A stretch of 64,000 nt of DNA from Alphaproteobacteria bacterium (GTDB lineage: Bacteria; Pseudomonadota; Alphaproteobacteria; Rs-D84; CACZYB01), in assembly GCA_017938435.1 (NCBI GenBank), contig JAGBBO010000037.1, positions 1,616 to 65,615 on the forward strand. Reading direction: 5' to 3'. Within the stretch, counting starts at the first letter, position 1, and each line of letters starts with the position of its first letter. A program made the position numbers and the translations under genes. The notes under the pieces are model-generated. The model saw only the letters and a list, made by a program, of their open reading frames with translations, ran no database searches and was not told the origin of the DNA. This document shows positions 51,364 through 62,136 of the stretch, in pieces.

Positions 51364-52923
51364 CTATTGTAAAAAATTTACAGGGGCAGGGGATATAACT
51401 TTTGTTTTAGTTACACTGCCACCTATAACTTCCTTAATATCCATATTTCTTTCACTTGAACCATTAGATTTAAAACGGAAAATACCATTTATACCGGTCC
51501 ATCCATTTGGATTTAGTAAATCTCTTTTTTCTATTTCCCCATCTTTTGCAAGAGAGTTAATCAACGAAACCGCATCATAAGCAAGTGAAGCTATTTTAAT
51601 AGGTTTTCTCTTAAAATATTTTTTATATGCTTCATCAAACTTTCCGGTATATTTTGTTGAAACAGATGGATACCATGCGCCACGGAATGCGCGTTCAGTG
51701 TAAATTTTTGGATTTTCAAATTGTGATGTTCCAAGGTATTTTATTCTATCTGGATGAACATCATAATACATAAGCGAAGAACCAATCATCAATACATCAT
51801 TTATATCATCACCAAAGATAAATATACTTTCATATTCCGGATCGTTTATTGTTGTTTTATGTTCCAATTCTTCTAATGTTTTTTCCAAAAATGAAACTTC
51901 ATCATCAGTTGAAAGATATTGAGTATTATCAAATGCCTCGGCATATTCTATTGGATTTTCATCACGAAGAAGAACTAGATAATCAAATCTTTCTTTTACA
52001 GCTTTTTTGTATTCATTATATTCATTAACTCTGGCTTCGAAATCAGAAATTTCCTTCACAGCATTCATAAGTCCAGTTTTTTTATCAGTATATGTAACTT
52101 CTTTTACAACATCACCATCATACATAGAAACATATTTTTTAAAGTGTTTTTTTACAAAATCACCGGATTCAGAGTTAGATACAATGATTCCAAATTTTGT
52201 TTTTCCATTTTGTATAGCATATTCAACAACTCGTTTTATTTGTTGTTCCATTAAAAATCCTATTGAAAAAACAGAACTATCAAGAACATTTGCATTTGTT
52301 GTAAATGATACAATAGGAGTGTATCCAGCCGACCTACTTGCACCATTTACTTCTTCGGAAAATAATGGACCAACTATAATATCAGCCCCTTCATCTACTG
52401 CCTTTTTTGCTAGTTCTTTACCACTATTATATGTTCCATCAGTAGCATAAAATTGTAAAACAGAATTATTCGATTTTGCATCAAACAAAGCCATAGTCGC
52501 AGCATTTTTTAAATCTTGTGCCACAACTGGATTTTGCATTTTTGTAGGAAGTATTATTGCAATTCTAAGAAGTCCATCATCTTTTTGTATTTCTTCTTTT
52601 TGTTCAGGAATAACATTTTCTATAACAACTTCCTCTTCATATGCAGTATATTCATAAGGTTTCACTTCAATTACATTTTGTTTCTTTGGTTGAGTAATAT
52701 TTGAAAAATCAAAAAGTTTTCTTATTGGCTCACCAGAATAATTGTTATATAATCCTGTGATATATTCCCTTTCCACATCTTGAATAGGTGCAGTCTTTTT
52801 TGTTTCACCAAGTTGAAGAGCCTGAGGCTTATTTATAGCTTTTGGAATCCTATTTGATGTTGAACAAGATGAAATCAAAAGGATTGTTGCAAAAGATATA
52901 TTTTTAAATACTTTATTAAACAT
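51364..52923 (-). CDS. Penicillin-binding protein activator LpoA-like lipoprotein
   Basis: Lipobox ISSC, IAIILP, GADIIVGPLF, ASLAYDA, G..G..GIFRF...G...R; divergent from rsmI. Confidence 0.85.
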   Translation of the reverse strand: MFNKVFKNISFATILLISSCSTSNRIPKAINKPQALQLGETKKTAPIQDVEREYITGLYNNYSGEPIRKLFDFSNITQPKKQNVIEVKPYEYTAYEEEVVIENVIPEQKEEIQKDDGLLRIAIILPTKMQNPVVAQDLKNAATMALFDAKSNNSVLQFYATDGTYNSGKELAKKAVDEGADIIVGPLFSEEVNGASRSAGYTPIVSFTTNANVLDSSVFSIGFLMEQQIKRVVEYAIQNGKTKFGIIVSNSESGDFVKKHFKKYVSMYDGDVVKEVTYTDKKTGLMNAVKEISDFEARVNEYNEYKKAVKERFDYLVLLRDENPIEYAEAFDNTQYLSTDDEVSFLEKTLEELEHKTTINDPEYESIFIFGDDINDVLMIGSSLMYYDVHPDRIKYLGTSQFENPKIYTERAFRGAWYPSVSTKYTGKFDEAYKKYFKRKPIKIASLAYDAVSLINSLAKDGEIEKRDLLNPNGWTGINGIFRFKSNGSSERNMDIKEVIGGSVTKTKVISPAPVNFLQ

Positions 52924-52984
52924 AATTCTCGCTTTTTTTATAAAATGTGTTAGTATAGACTTATGATAAAACAAGGTTTCAAAT

Positions 52985-53851
52985 ATGACAAGTAAAATAA
53001 CAGAAAATAATAAAAATATTTTGCGTGCAGGTTTATATATTATTGCCACACCTATTGGTAATTTATCTGATATTACATTTCGTGCTATTGATACTTTGCA
53101 AAATGCTGATTTAATTGCATGTGAAGATACTAGGGTATCAAAAGTTCTTCTTGATAAATATAGTATTAAAACTCCAACAACAAGTGTTCATAATTATAAC
53201 GAAACAGATAGATTAGATTTTCTTAAATCACAAATTGATAATGGTAAGGCAGTTGCATTTATTTCTGATGCTGGAACTCCTCTTATTTCTGATCCTGGGT
53301 ATAAAATTTCAAGCCTTCTTCGTTCTCTTGGTTATTATGTTACAATAATACCAGGTCCATCTGCTCCTATTGCAGGGTTGGTTCTTTCTGGTTTTCCAAC
53401 AGATAGATTTATGTTTATTGGTTTTGTTCCAACAAAAAATAACGAAAAAGCCAGCTTTTTTAATCAAATTAAAAATGAAAAGGCTACAGTTATATTTTTT
53501 GAAAGTCCAAATCGTATTCTTGAAACACTTAAAACTTTGGATGAAATTTTTAGGGATAGGAAAATTGCTCTTGTCCGTGAAATTACAAAAATTTATGAGG
53601 AGGTTCAATCTGGAACGGCAAAGGATTTAATTTCTTATTTTACCTTAAATCCACCAAAGGGTGAATTTGTTGGTTTAATTCATCCGGCCGATGATACTAC
53701 AGATATAAATATTGATAAAATAAAAAATATGTTAATTTTGCTTTTAAAACATATGAGTTTAAAAGATGCGAGCGAATTTATTTCATCAACATTTGAAATA
53801 TCAAAAAAAACGGTATATAATATTGGTTTAGAAATTAAAAAGGAGGATTAA
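52985..53851 (+). CDS. rsmI: 16S rRNA C1402 2'-O-methyltransferase RsmI
   Basis: LYIIATPIGNL.DIT.RA, ACEDTR, SDAGTPLISDPG, REITK.YEE, KGEF. Confidence 0.96.
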   Translation: MTSKITENNKNILRAGLYIIATPIGNLSDITFRAIDTLQNADLIACEDTRVSKVLLDKYSIKTPTTSVHNYNETDRLDFLKSQIDNGKAVAFISDAGTPLISDPGYKISSLLRSLGYYVTIIPGPSAPIAGLVLSGFPTDRFMFIGFVPTKNNEKASFFNQIKNEKATVIFFESPNRILETLKTLDEIFRDRKIALVREITKIYEEVQSGTAKDLISYFTLNPPKGEFVGLIHPADDTTDINIDKIKNMLILLLKHMSLKDASEFISSTFEISKKTVYNIGLEIKKED

Positions 53852-54439
53852 ATGAAAAAATTTTTAACATTTTCAGTAATGGGATTACTTTTATCGCTAC
53901 CTGTTTTTGCTTCATCTGTAGATGATAAGGATATAGAATTAAAAGAACTTAACCAAACAGCAAAAGAAATTGCTTCAAAAAAAGCAAAACTTAATACTAC
54001 ATTTGATCTTTCTGCCTTTTTTGGTGATGAAAAAGAATTAAAATTAAACGAACAAACACTAAAATATTTTGATAATTTATTATCTTGTAATTCTGATAAA
54101 ACAGTTGTCGATATGCCAACAGGGGATAAGGCTACACAAGAAATTATTGGTTTTGATAATGATAAATGTATTGTTAATACAACTATAAAAGATAAAGTTG
54201 TAAAATGTGCATTTCCAAAGGAAAAACTTTCAGAAATTTCTGAATATTATAAACAAACTTTAACCAAAGGTTTTGGTGGTAAATATAATTTTGATTTTGA
54301 TATGAAAATGCCAGAAATTAACTTTAACGATTTATCAGAAGATAATCTTGATTTTGGTATAAAACTTGAAATGCCAAAAATTAAAATTGATAAAGTAAAA
54401 TCAGATATTGAAAAAGTAATTGAGGAATCTTGTAAATAA
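53852..54439 (+). CDS. Secreted hypothetical protein
   Basis: Signal peptide MKKFLTFSVMGLLLSLPVFA; four Cys. Confidence 0.7.
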   Translation: MKKFLTFSVMGLLLSLPVFASSVDDKDIELKELNQTAKEIASKKAKLNTTFDLSAFFGDEKELKLNEQTLKYFDNLLSCNSDKTVVDMPTGDKATQEIIGFDNDKCIVNTTIKDKVVKCAFPKEKLSEISEYYKQTLTKGFGGKYNFDFDMKMPEINFNDLSEDNLDFGIKLEMPKIKIDKVKSDIEKVIEESCK

Positions 54440-54922
54440 ATGGCTGATAAAAAAGGACATATAAGGCTTATATCTACAGGTCAGGTTGCAGAAAACCGAA
54501 AGGCAAGGTTTAACTATGCTATAACCGATACTTATGAGGCGGGTTTGTCCTTAACTGGTGCCGAGGTAAAAAGTCTTCGTCAGGGTAGGGCTAATATTAC
54601 GGATGGTTATGCGACTCCTGATGGAAATAGTATTATTATGAATAATATTACTATTGGTAAATATGATAGTGAAAGTCCTTATATGCCACATACCGAAAAA
54701 CACCCACGCAGACTTTTGCTTAATAAAACAGAAATTAAACGCCTAATTGGTCTTTATAACAAAGAACATATTACAATAGTTCCCCTTAAACTTTATTTTA
54801 ATAATAAAGGGTTGGCAAAACTTCTTATTGGTGTTGGTCAAGGTAAGAATTTAGTTGATAAACGCCAAACTATTAAAGAGCGTGAATGGGCTCGCCAAAA
54901 AGCCAGAATTATGAAAAAATAA
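54440..54922 (+). CDS. smpB: SsrA-binding protein SmpB
   Basis: NRKARFNY, EAG..L.G.EVKSLR, R.LLL.K.EI, DKR..IK.REW.R. Confidence 0.96.
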   Translation: MADKKGHIRLISTGQVAENRKARFNYAITDTYEAGLSLTGAEVKSLRQGRANITDGYATPDGNSIIMNNITIGKYDSESPYMPHTEKHPRRLLLNKTEIKRLIGLYNKEHITIVPLKLYFNNKGLAKLLIGVGQGKNLVDKRQTIKEREWARQKARIMKK

Positions 54923-55045
54923 AGTATCGTAATTTTTTTTTCATAATCTGTTATACAAGGAAATCTTTTTAATAATAATATAAAATAGTTTGATAAAAAA
55001 TCCCCGACCAAAATCGGGGAAAGTTTTTCTTTTTTACACTAAATC

Positions 55046-55768
55046 TTAATCATTAAATTCAGCATTTGTGTAAACTTTTTGAACATCATCATTGTCTTCT
55101 AATGCGTCAGTAAAGTGTTCAATTTTTTCTGCACCCTCACTATCAACAGCAACAGTTAATTTTGGTTGCCAAATAATTTCAGCCTTTTCTGGTTCGCCAA
55201 ATTTTTCCAATGCTTTTGAAAGGTTTGAAAAATCAGAAATTTCGCAAGTGATGATATAGTTTTCATCTTCTTCCTCAACATTACTTGCACCACCTTCTAA
55301 TGCTGTTTCAAACACTGTGTCAAAATCACCAACTTCTTTTTTATACATAAAGAAGCCAACATGTTCAAAGTTAAAAGAAACAGATCCTGTTTCACCAAGA
55401 TTTCCACCATTTTTCGAGAAAATAGAACGAATATCAGAGGCAGTTCTGTTTTTGTTATCTGTTAAACATTCAACAATAACAGAAATTCCACCTGGTGCAT
55501 AACCTTCGTATCTGATTTCTGAATAATCTCCTTCGCCACTTCCAGGAAGAGCTTTGGCAATTGCACGTTTAATGTTATCGTTTGGCATAGATTCTTTTCT
55601 AGCAGCCAATACAGCCAATCTAAGTCTTGGGTTCATATCTGGATTTGGATCCCCAAGTTTTGCAGCAACGGTAATTTCCTTTGCTAATTTAGTGAATAAG
55701 TTTCCTCTTTTTTTATCTTGCAAACCTTTTCTGTGTTGAATGTTTGCCCATTTTGAATGTCCTGACAT
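55046..55768 (-). CDS. yebC: YebC/PmpR family protein
   Basis: [37 protein letters not shown]. Confidence 0.95.
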   Translation of the reverse strand: MSGHSKWANIQHRKGLQDKKRGNLFTKLAKEITVAAKLGDPNPDMNPRLRLAVLAARKESMPNDNIKRAIAKALPGSGEGDYSEIRYEGYAPGGISVIVECLTDNKNRTASDIRSIFSKNGGNLGETGSVSFNFEHVGFFMYKKEVGDFDTVFETALEGGASNVEEEDENYIITCEISDFSNLSKALEKFGEPEKAEIIWQPKLTVAVDSEGAEKIEHFTDALEDNDDVQKVYTNAEFND

Positions 55769-55838
55769 ATTTTTAATCCTTTTTTGTAAATTTTATTAAA
55801 GTTTTATTTATTATACATATATGATTTTTTATTGTAAA

Positions 55839-58382
55839 TTACTTTTTGGGTTTTGGTTTTTCCTTTACCTCTGGCTTCTTTTTAGGTTCCTTTGGTGCTA
55901 ATTTTTCCAAAGCTAAATCCAAAGTAATAGTTTCCTCAGTCGCAACATTTGTTGGAATCGAAGCAAAAACACGATTATGTTGAACATAAGGCCCAAATTT
56001 TCCAGTTTTAAAATAAACAACTGGTTTTCCATCATCAGGATGAGAGCCAAGTTCTTTTCCCTTTGGTTTTTCAACAGCTCCCAAAAGTAAATCATGTGCA
56101 ATCTTTATATCAACATCAAATACAGATGTTGATGCAGGAATACTTTTTGAAACATTACCTTTTTTAACATAAGGTCCAAATTTTCCAATCGCAACAAATA
56201 CCTCTTCATCCCCATCAAAACCTATCGATTTTGGAAGTGATAAAAGGAATATTGCTTTTTCCAAAGTTAATGCGTCTATTTGAATATTTTTTGGAATAGG
56301 AGCACGCATTGGTCCGCGAACATCTCCCTTTACAGCATCACCAAGTTGTAAATAATTTCCATAAGGTCCATTTTTAAGATATACATTTTCACCATTTTCA
56401 TTTTGTCCTAAAATTTGACCATCATTTGTCTTAGGTGCTGGGTTTGAACCTTCTTCTTCCTCATCATTAAGGATTAAAGGTTTTGTATGTTTACATGTTG
56501 GATAATTTGAACAACCAATGAAACCACCAAATTTTCCAAGTTTTATTCCAAGTCGTCCAGTTTCGCAATCAGGGCATTTTCTTGGATCGCTACCATCTTC
56601 TGTTTTTGGAAAGAAGTGAGAACCAAGTTCATTATCTATTGCATCTGTGATTTCAGACATAGAAAGTCCATTTGATGCTTCAACTGCATTTTTAAACCCA
56701 GTCCAAAATTCACTTAATACATCCTTGTAATTTTTCTTTCCATTTGAAATTTCATCAAGTTCATCTTCCATATATGCGGTAAAGTCATATTCAACATATT
56801 TTGTGAAATATTTTTCAAGGAATACTGAAACAATTCTACCGCGTTCTTGTGGAACAAATTTTTTCTTTACCAAATCAACATAATGTCTTTCCTGTATAAC
56901 AGAAAGAATTGAGGCATAAGTTGATGGACGACCAATACCCAACTCTTCCATTTTCTTAACCAAAGATGCTTCAGAATATCTAGGAGGTGGTTGAGTAAAA
57001 TGTTGTTCAGGCTTTATTTCTTCGGATTTAATATTATCTCCTTCCGCCATTGTTGGAAGCATTCTGTTGTCATCATCATCCGAAGTTGCATCATCAATAT
57101 CTTCTTTATAAAGTTTCATAAATCCATCAAATGCAATCATGGAACCATTTGCACGGAACATAGATTTATTATCTGATGTTACAATATCAGCAGCAACTAA
57201 ATTAAGTTCAGCAGGAACCATTTGACATGCAACAGTTCTTTTCCAAATAAGTTCATAAAGTTTGAATTGATTTGCATCCAAATATCCTTTTATTGATTGA
57301 GGGGTTTTTGTTGCATAAGTTGGACGGATTGCCTCGTGGGCTTCTTGTGCATTTTTACTTCTATTATCATAAGATACAGGAGATTTTGGCAAATATTCAT
57401 CACCAAAATCAGACTTAATCATATCCCTAATACTTGCGACTGCTTCCTGTGAAAGATTAACAGAATCGGTTCTCATATAAGTAATTAAACCAACTGTTTC
57501 ACCACCAACATCAACACCTTCGTAAAGTTTTTGAGCAATTTGCATAGTCTGTTTTGCAGAAAATCCAAGTTTTCTTGAAGCCTCTTGTTGAAGAGTAGAT
57601 GTTGTAAACGGAGCGACAGGTTTCCTTGCTTGTTTTTTTCGTTCAATATTACCAATATGATACTGTTCATTTGCCAAAGTATTCAAAATTTCTTCGGCTT
57701 TTTCCTTTGTTGGAATATCAAATTTATCAAGTTTACTTCCATTATATGAAAAAAGTTTTGCAGGAAATTCTTTACCATCATTTGTTGCAAATTTTCCATC
57801 AATAGACCAATATTCGCGTTTTACAAAGTTTTCAATTTCGCTTTCTCTTTCGCAAACAAGTCGTAATGCAACTGATTGAACACGCCCTGCAGATTTGCAA
57901 CCAGGAAGTTTTCTCCATAATACTGGTGAAAGTTTAAATCCAACCAAAAAATCCAATGCACGACGAGCAAGATAAGCATTAACAAGTTTATCATCAATAT
58001 CTCGTGGTTCTTGAATTGCCTTTGTCACAGCAGATTTTGTTATTTCGTGGAATGCAACACGATGAATTGGTTTAGTAAGTTCATTTCTTGATTTTAAAAT
58101 ATCAATGATATGCCATGAAATAGCCTCTCCCTCTCTATCAGGGTCGGTTGCAAGATAAACAGCATCAGCTTTTTTCATATATTTTTCAATATCACGGATT
58201 CTTTGTTCTTTGTCTTTCATAATAGCCCATTTCATTTGGAAACCATTATCAACATCAACCGCACCATCATGTGGATCAAGATCTCTAACATGACCGACTG
58301 ATGGAACAACAATAAAATCAGATCCCAGATATTTAGAAATAGTTTTTGATTTTGCAGGAGACTCTACTACCAAAAGTTTCAT
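55839..58382 (-). CDS. topA: DNA topoisomerase I
   Basis: VVESPAK, ATDPDREGEAI, SAGRVQS, ITYMRTDS, GIGRPSTY, Zn ribbon and C-terminal GKFGPY repeats. Confidence 0.98.
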   Translation of the reverse strand: MKLLVVESPAKSKTISKYLGSDFIVVPSVGHVRDLDPHDGAVDVDNGFQMKWAIMKDKEQRIRDIEKYMKKADAVYLATDPDREGEAISWHIIDILKSRNELTKPIHRVAFHEITKSAVTKAIQEPRDIDDKLVNAYLARRALDFLVGFKLSPVLWRKLPGCKSAGRVQSVALRLVCERESEIENFVKREYWSIDGKFATNDGKEFPAKLFSYNGSKLDKFDIPTKEKAEEILNTLANEQYHIGNIERKKQARKPVAPFTTSTLQQEASRKLGFSAKQTMQIAQKLYEGVDVGGETVGLITYMRTDSVNLSQEAVASIRDMIKSDFGDEYLPKSPVSYDNRSKNAQEAHEAIRPTYATKTPQSIKGYLDANQFKLYELIWKRTVACQMVPAELNLVAADIVTSDNKSMFRANGSMIAFDGFMKLYKEDIDDATSDDDDNRMLPTMAEGDNIKSEEIKPEQHFTQPPPRYSEASLVKKMEELGIGRPSTYASILSVIQERHYVDLVKKKFVPQERGRIVSVFLEKYFTKYVEYDFTAYMEDELDEISNGKKNYKDVLSEFWTGFKNAVEASNGLSMSEITDAIDNELGSHFFPKTEDGSDPRKCPDCETGRLGIKLGKFGGFIGCSNYPTCKHTKPLILNDEEEEGSNPAPKTNDGQILGQNENGENVYLKNGPYGNYLQLGDAVKGDVRGPMRAPIPKNIQIDALTLEKAIFLLSLPKSIGFDGDEEVFVAIGKFGPYVKKGNVSKSIPASTSVFDVDIKIAHDLLLGAVEKPKGKELGSHPDDGKPVVYFKTGKFGPYVQHNRVFASIPTNVATEETITLDLALEKLAPKEPKKKPEVKEKPKPKK

Positions 58383-58565
58383 TTTGCATACCTATTTGTT
58401 TTTTCACTTTATTTTAATATAAAACCCCTTTTTATGGGTGAAAGTCAAGGATAAATTTTTTATATATATAATATATAAAGTAGAGATTTTTTATTTCAAT
58501 CTTGATTCTTTGTAATCTATTTTATATAATGAGTGCATATTTTTTTAATAAAAAGGATGAAAGAA

Positions 58566-59831
58566 ATGTTAGATATAAAATTCATAAGGGAAAACACGGA
58601 CCTTGTAAAGAAAATTTGCGAACAAAAAAATGTTGATATTGATATCGATTTAATGCTTAAACTTGATGCCGAGATTCTTTCTCTTAATCAAAAACTTCAA
58701 GATTTAAGAGAAGAAAAAAATGCTATTTCTTCATCTATTCCAACACTAAAAGACGATGAAAAAAAAGAAGCAATCACAAAATCAAAAGATTTGAATGATA
58801 AAATTAAGGTTTATGAAACCGAACTTGCTACAAAACAACCTGACTTTGATGATATGATGTGGAGGGTGCCAAATATTCCCGCACCTGATGTTCCAGTAGG
58901 TAAAGATGATAGTGAAAATGTTATTCTTCGCCGTGAAGGAACTCCACGAAAATTTGATTTCGAACCACGCGATCACTATGATATTTTGGAAATGAATGAT
59001 TGGGCTGATTTCAAACGCGTTGCAAAAGTTTGTGGTTCTCGTTCTTATACACTTAAGGGGGCAGCATCAAGATTGGAAATTGCACTTCATATGTATATGA
59101 TGGATAAGTTGACAGCAAAGGGTTTCACAATGATTACTGTTCCATCAATGGTAAAGGAAGAGGCATTATATGGAACCGGTCATTTTCCAACTGGTCGTGA
59201 TGATGTTTACTATTTACCAAAGGAAAATTTATATCTTTCTGGAACTGCTGAAATCGTTCTTACATCACTTCACCGTGATGAAATTTTAGAAGAAAACCAA
59301 CTTCCTATCCTTTATGCAGGATATTCACCATGTTTCAGAAGTGAGGCAGGTTCTGCTGGTAAAGATGTTCGTGGTCTTATCCGTGTTCATCAATTTATGA
59401 AGGTGGAACAATATGTTATTTGTAAGGCTGATTTAGCAGAAAGTGAAAAATGGTATAACATCCTTCTTGAAACAGCCGAGGAAGTTTTGAAGGATTTAGA
59501 GTTGCCATATCAAGTACTTGCATGTTGCACTGGTGATATGGGTGCTGGTAAATACAAAATGTATGATTTAGAGGCCTGGACACCTTCTCAAAACAAATAT
59601 CGCGAAACACATTCTTGCTCGAACCTTCTTGATTGGCAGGCAAGACGTGCTAATATCCGCTATCGTGAAAATGCAACCGGAAAGGTTAAATATTGCTATA
59701 CTTTGAATAATACAGGTATTGCAACACCGAGAATCCTTGCTCCATTCTTGGAAAATCATCAAACTGCGGATGGTAAGGTAAGAATTCCAGAAAAACTTCG
59801 TCCATATATGGGTGGTAAGGAGTATTTGTAG
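58566..59831 (+). CDS. serS: Serine--tRNA ligase
   Basis: MLDIKFIREN, GTAE, FRSEAGS.G.D.RGLIRVHQF.KVE, E.HSCSN, TLN.T. Confidence 0.97.
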   Translation: MLDIKFIRENTDLVKKICEQKNVDIDIDLMLKLDAEILSLNQKLQDLREEKNAISSSIPTLKDDEKKEAITKSKDLNDKIKVYETELATKQPDFDDMMWRVPNIPAPDVPVGKDDSENVILRREGTPRKFDFEPRDHYDILEMNDWADFKRVAKVCGSRSYTLKGAASRLEIALHMYMMDKLTAKGFTMITVPSMVKEEALYGTGHFPTGRDDVYYLPKENLYLSGTAEIVLTSLHRDEILEENQLPILYAGYSPCFRSEAGSAGKDVRGLIRVHQFMKVEQYVICKADLAESEKWYNILLETAEEVLKDLELPYQVLACCTGDMGAGKYKMYDLEAWTPSQNKYRETHSCSNLLDWQARRANIRYRENATGKVKYCYTLNNTGIATPRILAPFLENHQTADGKVRIPEKLRPYMGGKEYL

Positions 59832-59832
59832 G

Positions 59833-60318
59833 ATGAAGAAATTTTTGACCTTGGTTGTCGTGCTTTGTTCTTTCGCTGGTGGATGGATATTTGCGAAAGT
59901 GTCCGAAAGAAAGGATGTTAGAACTAAGTTTAGCCGTAGACCTGAGATTAGCGTGATGGTGTATCCTGCGGGAAAGGAGCATGGGGGACCTGTTGGTGGA
60001 ATAATGTTTACAGAGGTTCAGGCGTATGTTGATAATCGCTATTCAAAAACTTTTTTGGTTGATCCAAAAACGGGGAAATTGGTATTTGAGGAGAGGCGGA
60101 CCTATGATGATCATGATGGACCGACCGGCTCTGTAAGACAGCTTATATTGTACAAGAATGGAAAACCTTGTTTAGTGACAGGCCTACTGATGCAGGAATT
60201 TGGTCCACTTTTTGATATTGATAATGAAAAGTATGGTGGATTTTCTTTGTTCAACTTCTATAATAACCAGGAATGTAATATAGAAAATGAAGATGACAAG
60301 GAAGACGAAGAATACTAA
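59833..60318 (+). CDS. Exported hypothetical protein
   Basis: Signal-like MKKFLTLVVVLCSFAGGWIFA; acidic tail; atypical base composition. Confidence 0.6.
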   Translation: MKKFLTLVVVLCSFAGGWIFAKVSERKDVRTKFSRRPEISVMVYPAGKEHGGPVGGIMFTEVQAYVDNRYSKTFLVDPKTGKLVFEERRTYDDHDGPTGSVRQLILYKNGKPCLVTGLLMQEFGPLFDIDNEKYGGFSLFNFYNNQECNIENEDDKEDEEY

Positions 60319-60375
60319 AAAAAATACAACAACAATAATTTAAACAAACGATAAATACGAAAGGAAAAGAGAAAA

Positions 60376-61317
60376 ATGCGTGCTTTTTTATTCCCTGGAC
60401 AGGGATCTCAAAAATTAAAAATGGGTTTGGATTTATATCAAAATTTTACTGAGGCCAAGGATGTTTTTGATGAGGTGGATTCTGCTTTGTCGCAAAATCT
60501 TTCATCAATAATTTTTGGTGATGATGCGGATGCATTAAATAAAACTGAAAATACACAACCAGCATTATTTGCTGTAAGTATGGCAACATTAAAAGTTATT
60601 GAAAATCAAAGTGGTAAAAAAATAACTGAACTTTGTGATATGGTTGCTGGTCACTCTTTGGGTGAATATTCTGCGTTATGTGCTGCCGAAGTAATGCCAA
60701 TTTCCGTTGGGGCAAGACTTCTTAAAGTTCGTGCAAAAGCAATGGCAGAGGCTGTTCCCGCTGGTCTTGGTGCAATGATGGCAATAATCGGACTTGATAT
60801 TGATACTGTTCGCAAAGTATGTGAAAAGGCTTCAACCGAAACTGAAAAATGCTCTGTTGCAAATGATAATTGTCCTGATCAAATTGTAATCAGTGGTCAT
60901 AAATCTGCTATTGAAAAGGCTGAAGGTATTGCAAAAGAAATGGGTGCAAGAAAGTCGGTCATTCTTCCTGTTTCTGTTCCTGCACATTGCCCACTTATGG
61001 CTTCAGCAAAGGAAGTTGTGGAAGAAGCACTTTCTGAAATTACATTAAAAAACCCTATTGTTTCATTTGTTTCAAACAGAACCGCTGAAATTGCAACTGA
61101 TGCAAAAGATATAAAAGAACACCTTGCACTTCAAATGGTAAACGGTGTTCGTTTCCGTGAATCTGTCGATTTTATGATTTCAAAAGGTGTTGATAATTTT
61201 GCCGAAATTGGAAGTGGTAATGTGCTTTCTGGTTTGGTAAAAAGATGTACTGACAAGGCAGTTTCAACTCCTGTTGGAAGTGTTGAAACTATTTCTGAAT
61301 TTTTAAAAACTTTATAG
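60376..61317 (+). CDS. fabD: Malonyl-CoA:ACP transacylase
   Basis: FPGQGSQ, TQPAL, GHSLGEY, ANDN, PAHC. Confidence 0.96.
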   Translation: MRAFLFPGQGSQKLKMGLDLYQNFTEAKDVFDEVDSALSQNLSSIIFGDDADALNKTENTQPALFAVSMATLKVIENQSGKKITELCDMVAGHSLGEYSALCAAEVMPISVGARLLKVRAKAMAEAVPAGLGAMMAIIGLDIDTVRKVCEKASTETEKCSVANDNCPDQIVISGHKSAIEKAEGIAKEMGARKSVILPVSVPAHCPLMASAKEVVEEALSEITLKNPIVSFVSNRTAEIATDAKDIKEHLALQMVNGVRFRESVDFMISKGVDNFAEIGSGNVLSGLVKRCTDKAVSTPVGSVETISEFLKTL

Positions 61318-61326
61318 GAGGTTTAT

Positions 61327-62064
61327 ATGTTTGATTTAACAGGAAAAGTAGCTTTAGTGACTGGTGCAACTGGTGGTATTGGTGAAACTATTGCAAGAAC
61401 TTTATACACTCAAGGTGCAACTGTAATTTTAACAGGTCGTAAGAAAGAAGTTCTTGAAAACCTTAAAAATGAACTTGGTGATAGGGCATTTGCAATCCCT
61501 GCTGATTTATCAGTTGACGGTGCAACAAAAACTTTGGTTGAGGAAGCATTAAAGGTTACAGGTCGTATTGATATCCTTATCAATAATGCTGGACTAACAA
61601 AAGATGGTCTTATGATGCGTATGAAGGATGAAGATTGGCAAACAGTTATTGATGTCAACTTGACTGCGTCATTCAAACTTGCACGCGATGTTGTGACACC
61701 AATGATGAAAAATCGTTTCGGAAGAATTATAAATATCACATCTGTTGTTGGGTGGATGGGTAATGCTGGACAAGCAAATTATTGTGCAACAAAAGCTGGT
61801 TTAACTGGTATGAGTAAGGCCTTGGCTACTGAAGTTGCAAGCCGTGGTATCACAGTAAATTGTGTTGCCCCTGGCTTCATTTCAACACCTATGACTGATG
61901 TTTTATCAGACGATTTGAAATCAAAAATGTTGGAACAAATTCCTACAAAACGCTTTGGAACAACAACCGATATTGCAAATGCGATTGTTTTCTTGGCAAG
62001 TGACGAAGCATCGTATATCACTGGTCAAACAATCCATGTAAACGGTGGTATGTTAAGAGTTTAG
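61327..62064 (+). CDS. fabG: 3-oxoacyl-ACP reductase
   Basis: TGATGGIG, NNAG, GQANYCATKAG, VNGG. Confidence 0.96.
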   Translation: MFDLTGKVALVTGATGGIGETIARTLYTQGATVILTGRKKEVLENLKNELGDRAFAIPADLSVDGATKTLVEEALKVTGRIDILINNAGLTKDGLMMRMKDEDWQTVIDVNLTASFKLARDVVTPMMKNRFGRIINITSVVGWMGNAGQANYCATKAGLTGMSKALATEVASRGITVNCVAPGFISTPMTDVLSDDLKSKMLEQIPTKRFGTTTDIANAIVFLASDEASYITGQTIHVNGGMLRV

Positions 62065-62136
62065 TTTTTAGTTATTAAATTGAATACCTTCCTTTGTTCG
62101 TGATGGGAATAATGGAAAGTAAGGTTATTTGAAAAA

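Noticed and set aside
54923-55045. tmRNA beside smpB
   Set aside because: The spacer is short and AT-rich, with only terminator-like hairpins and no tRNA-like ends or tag frame.
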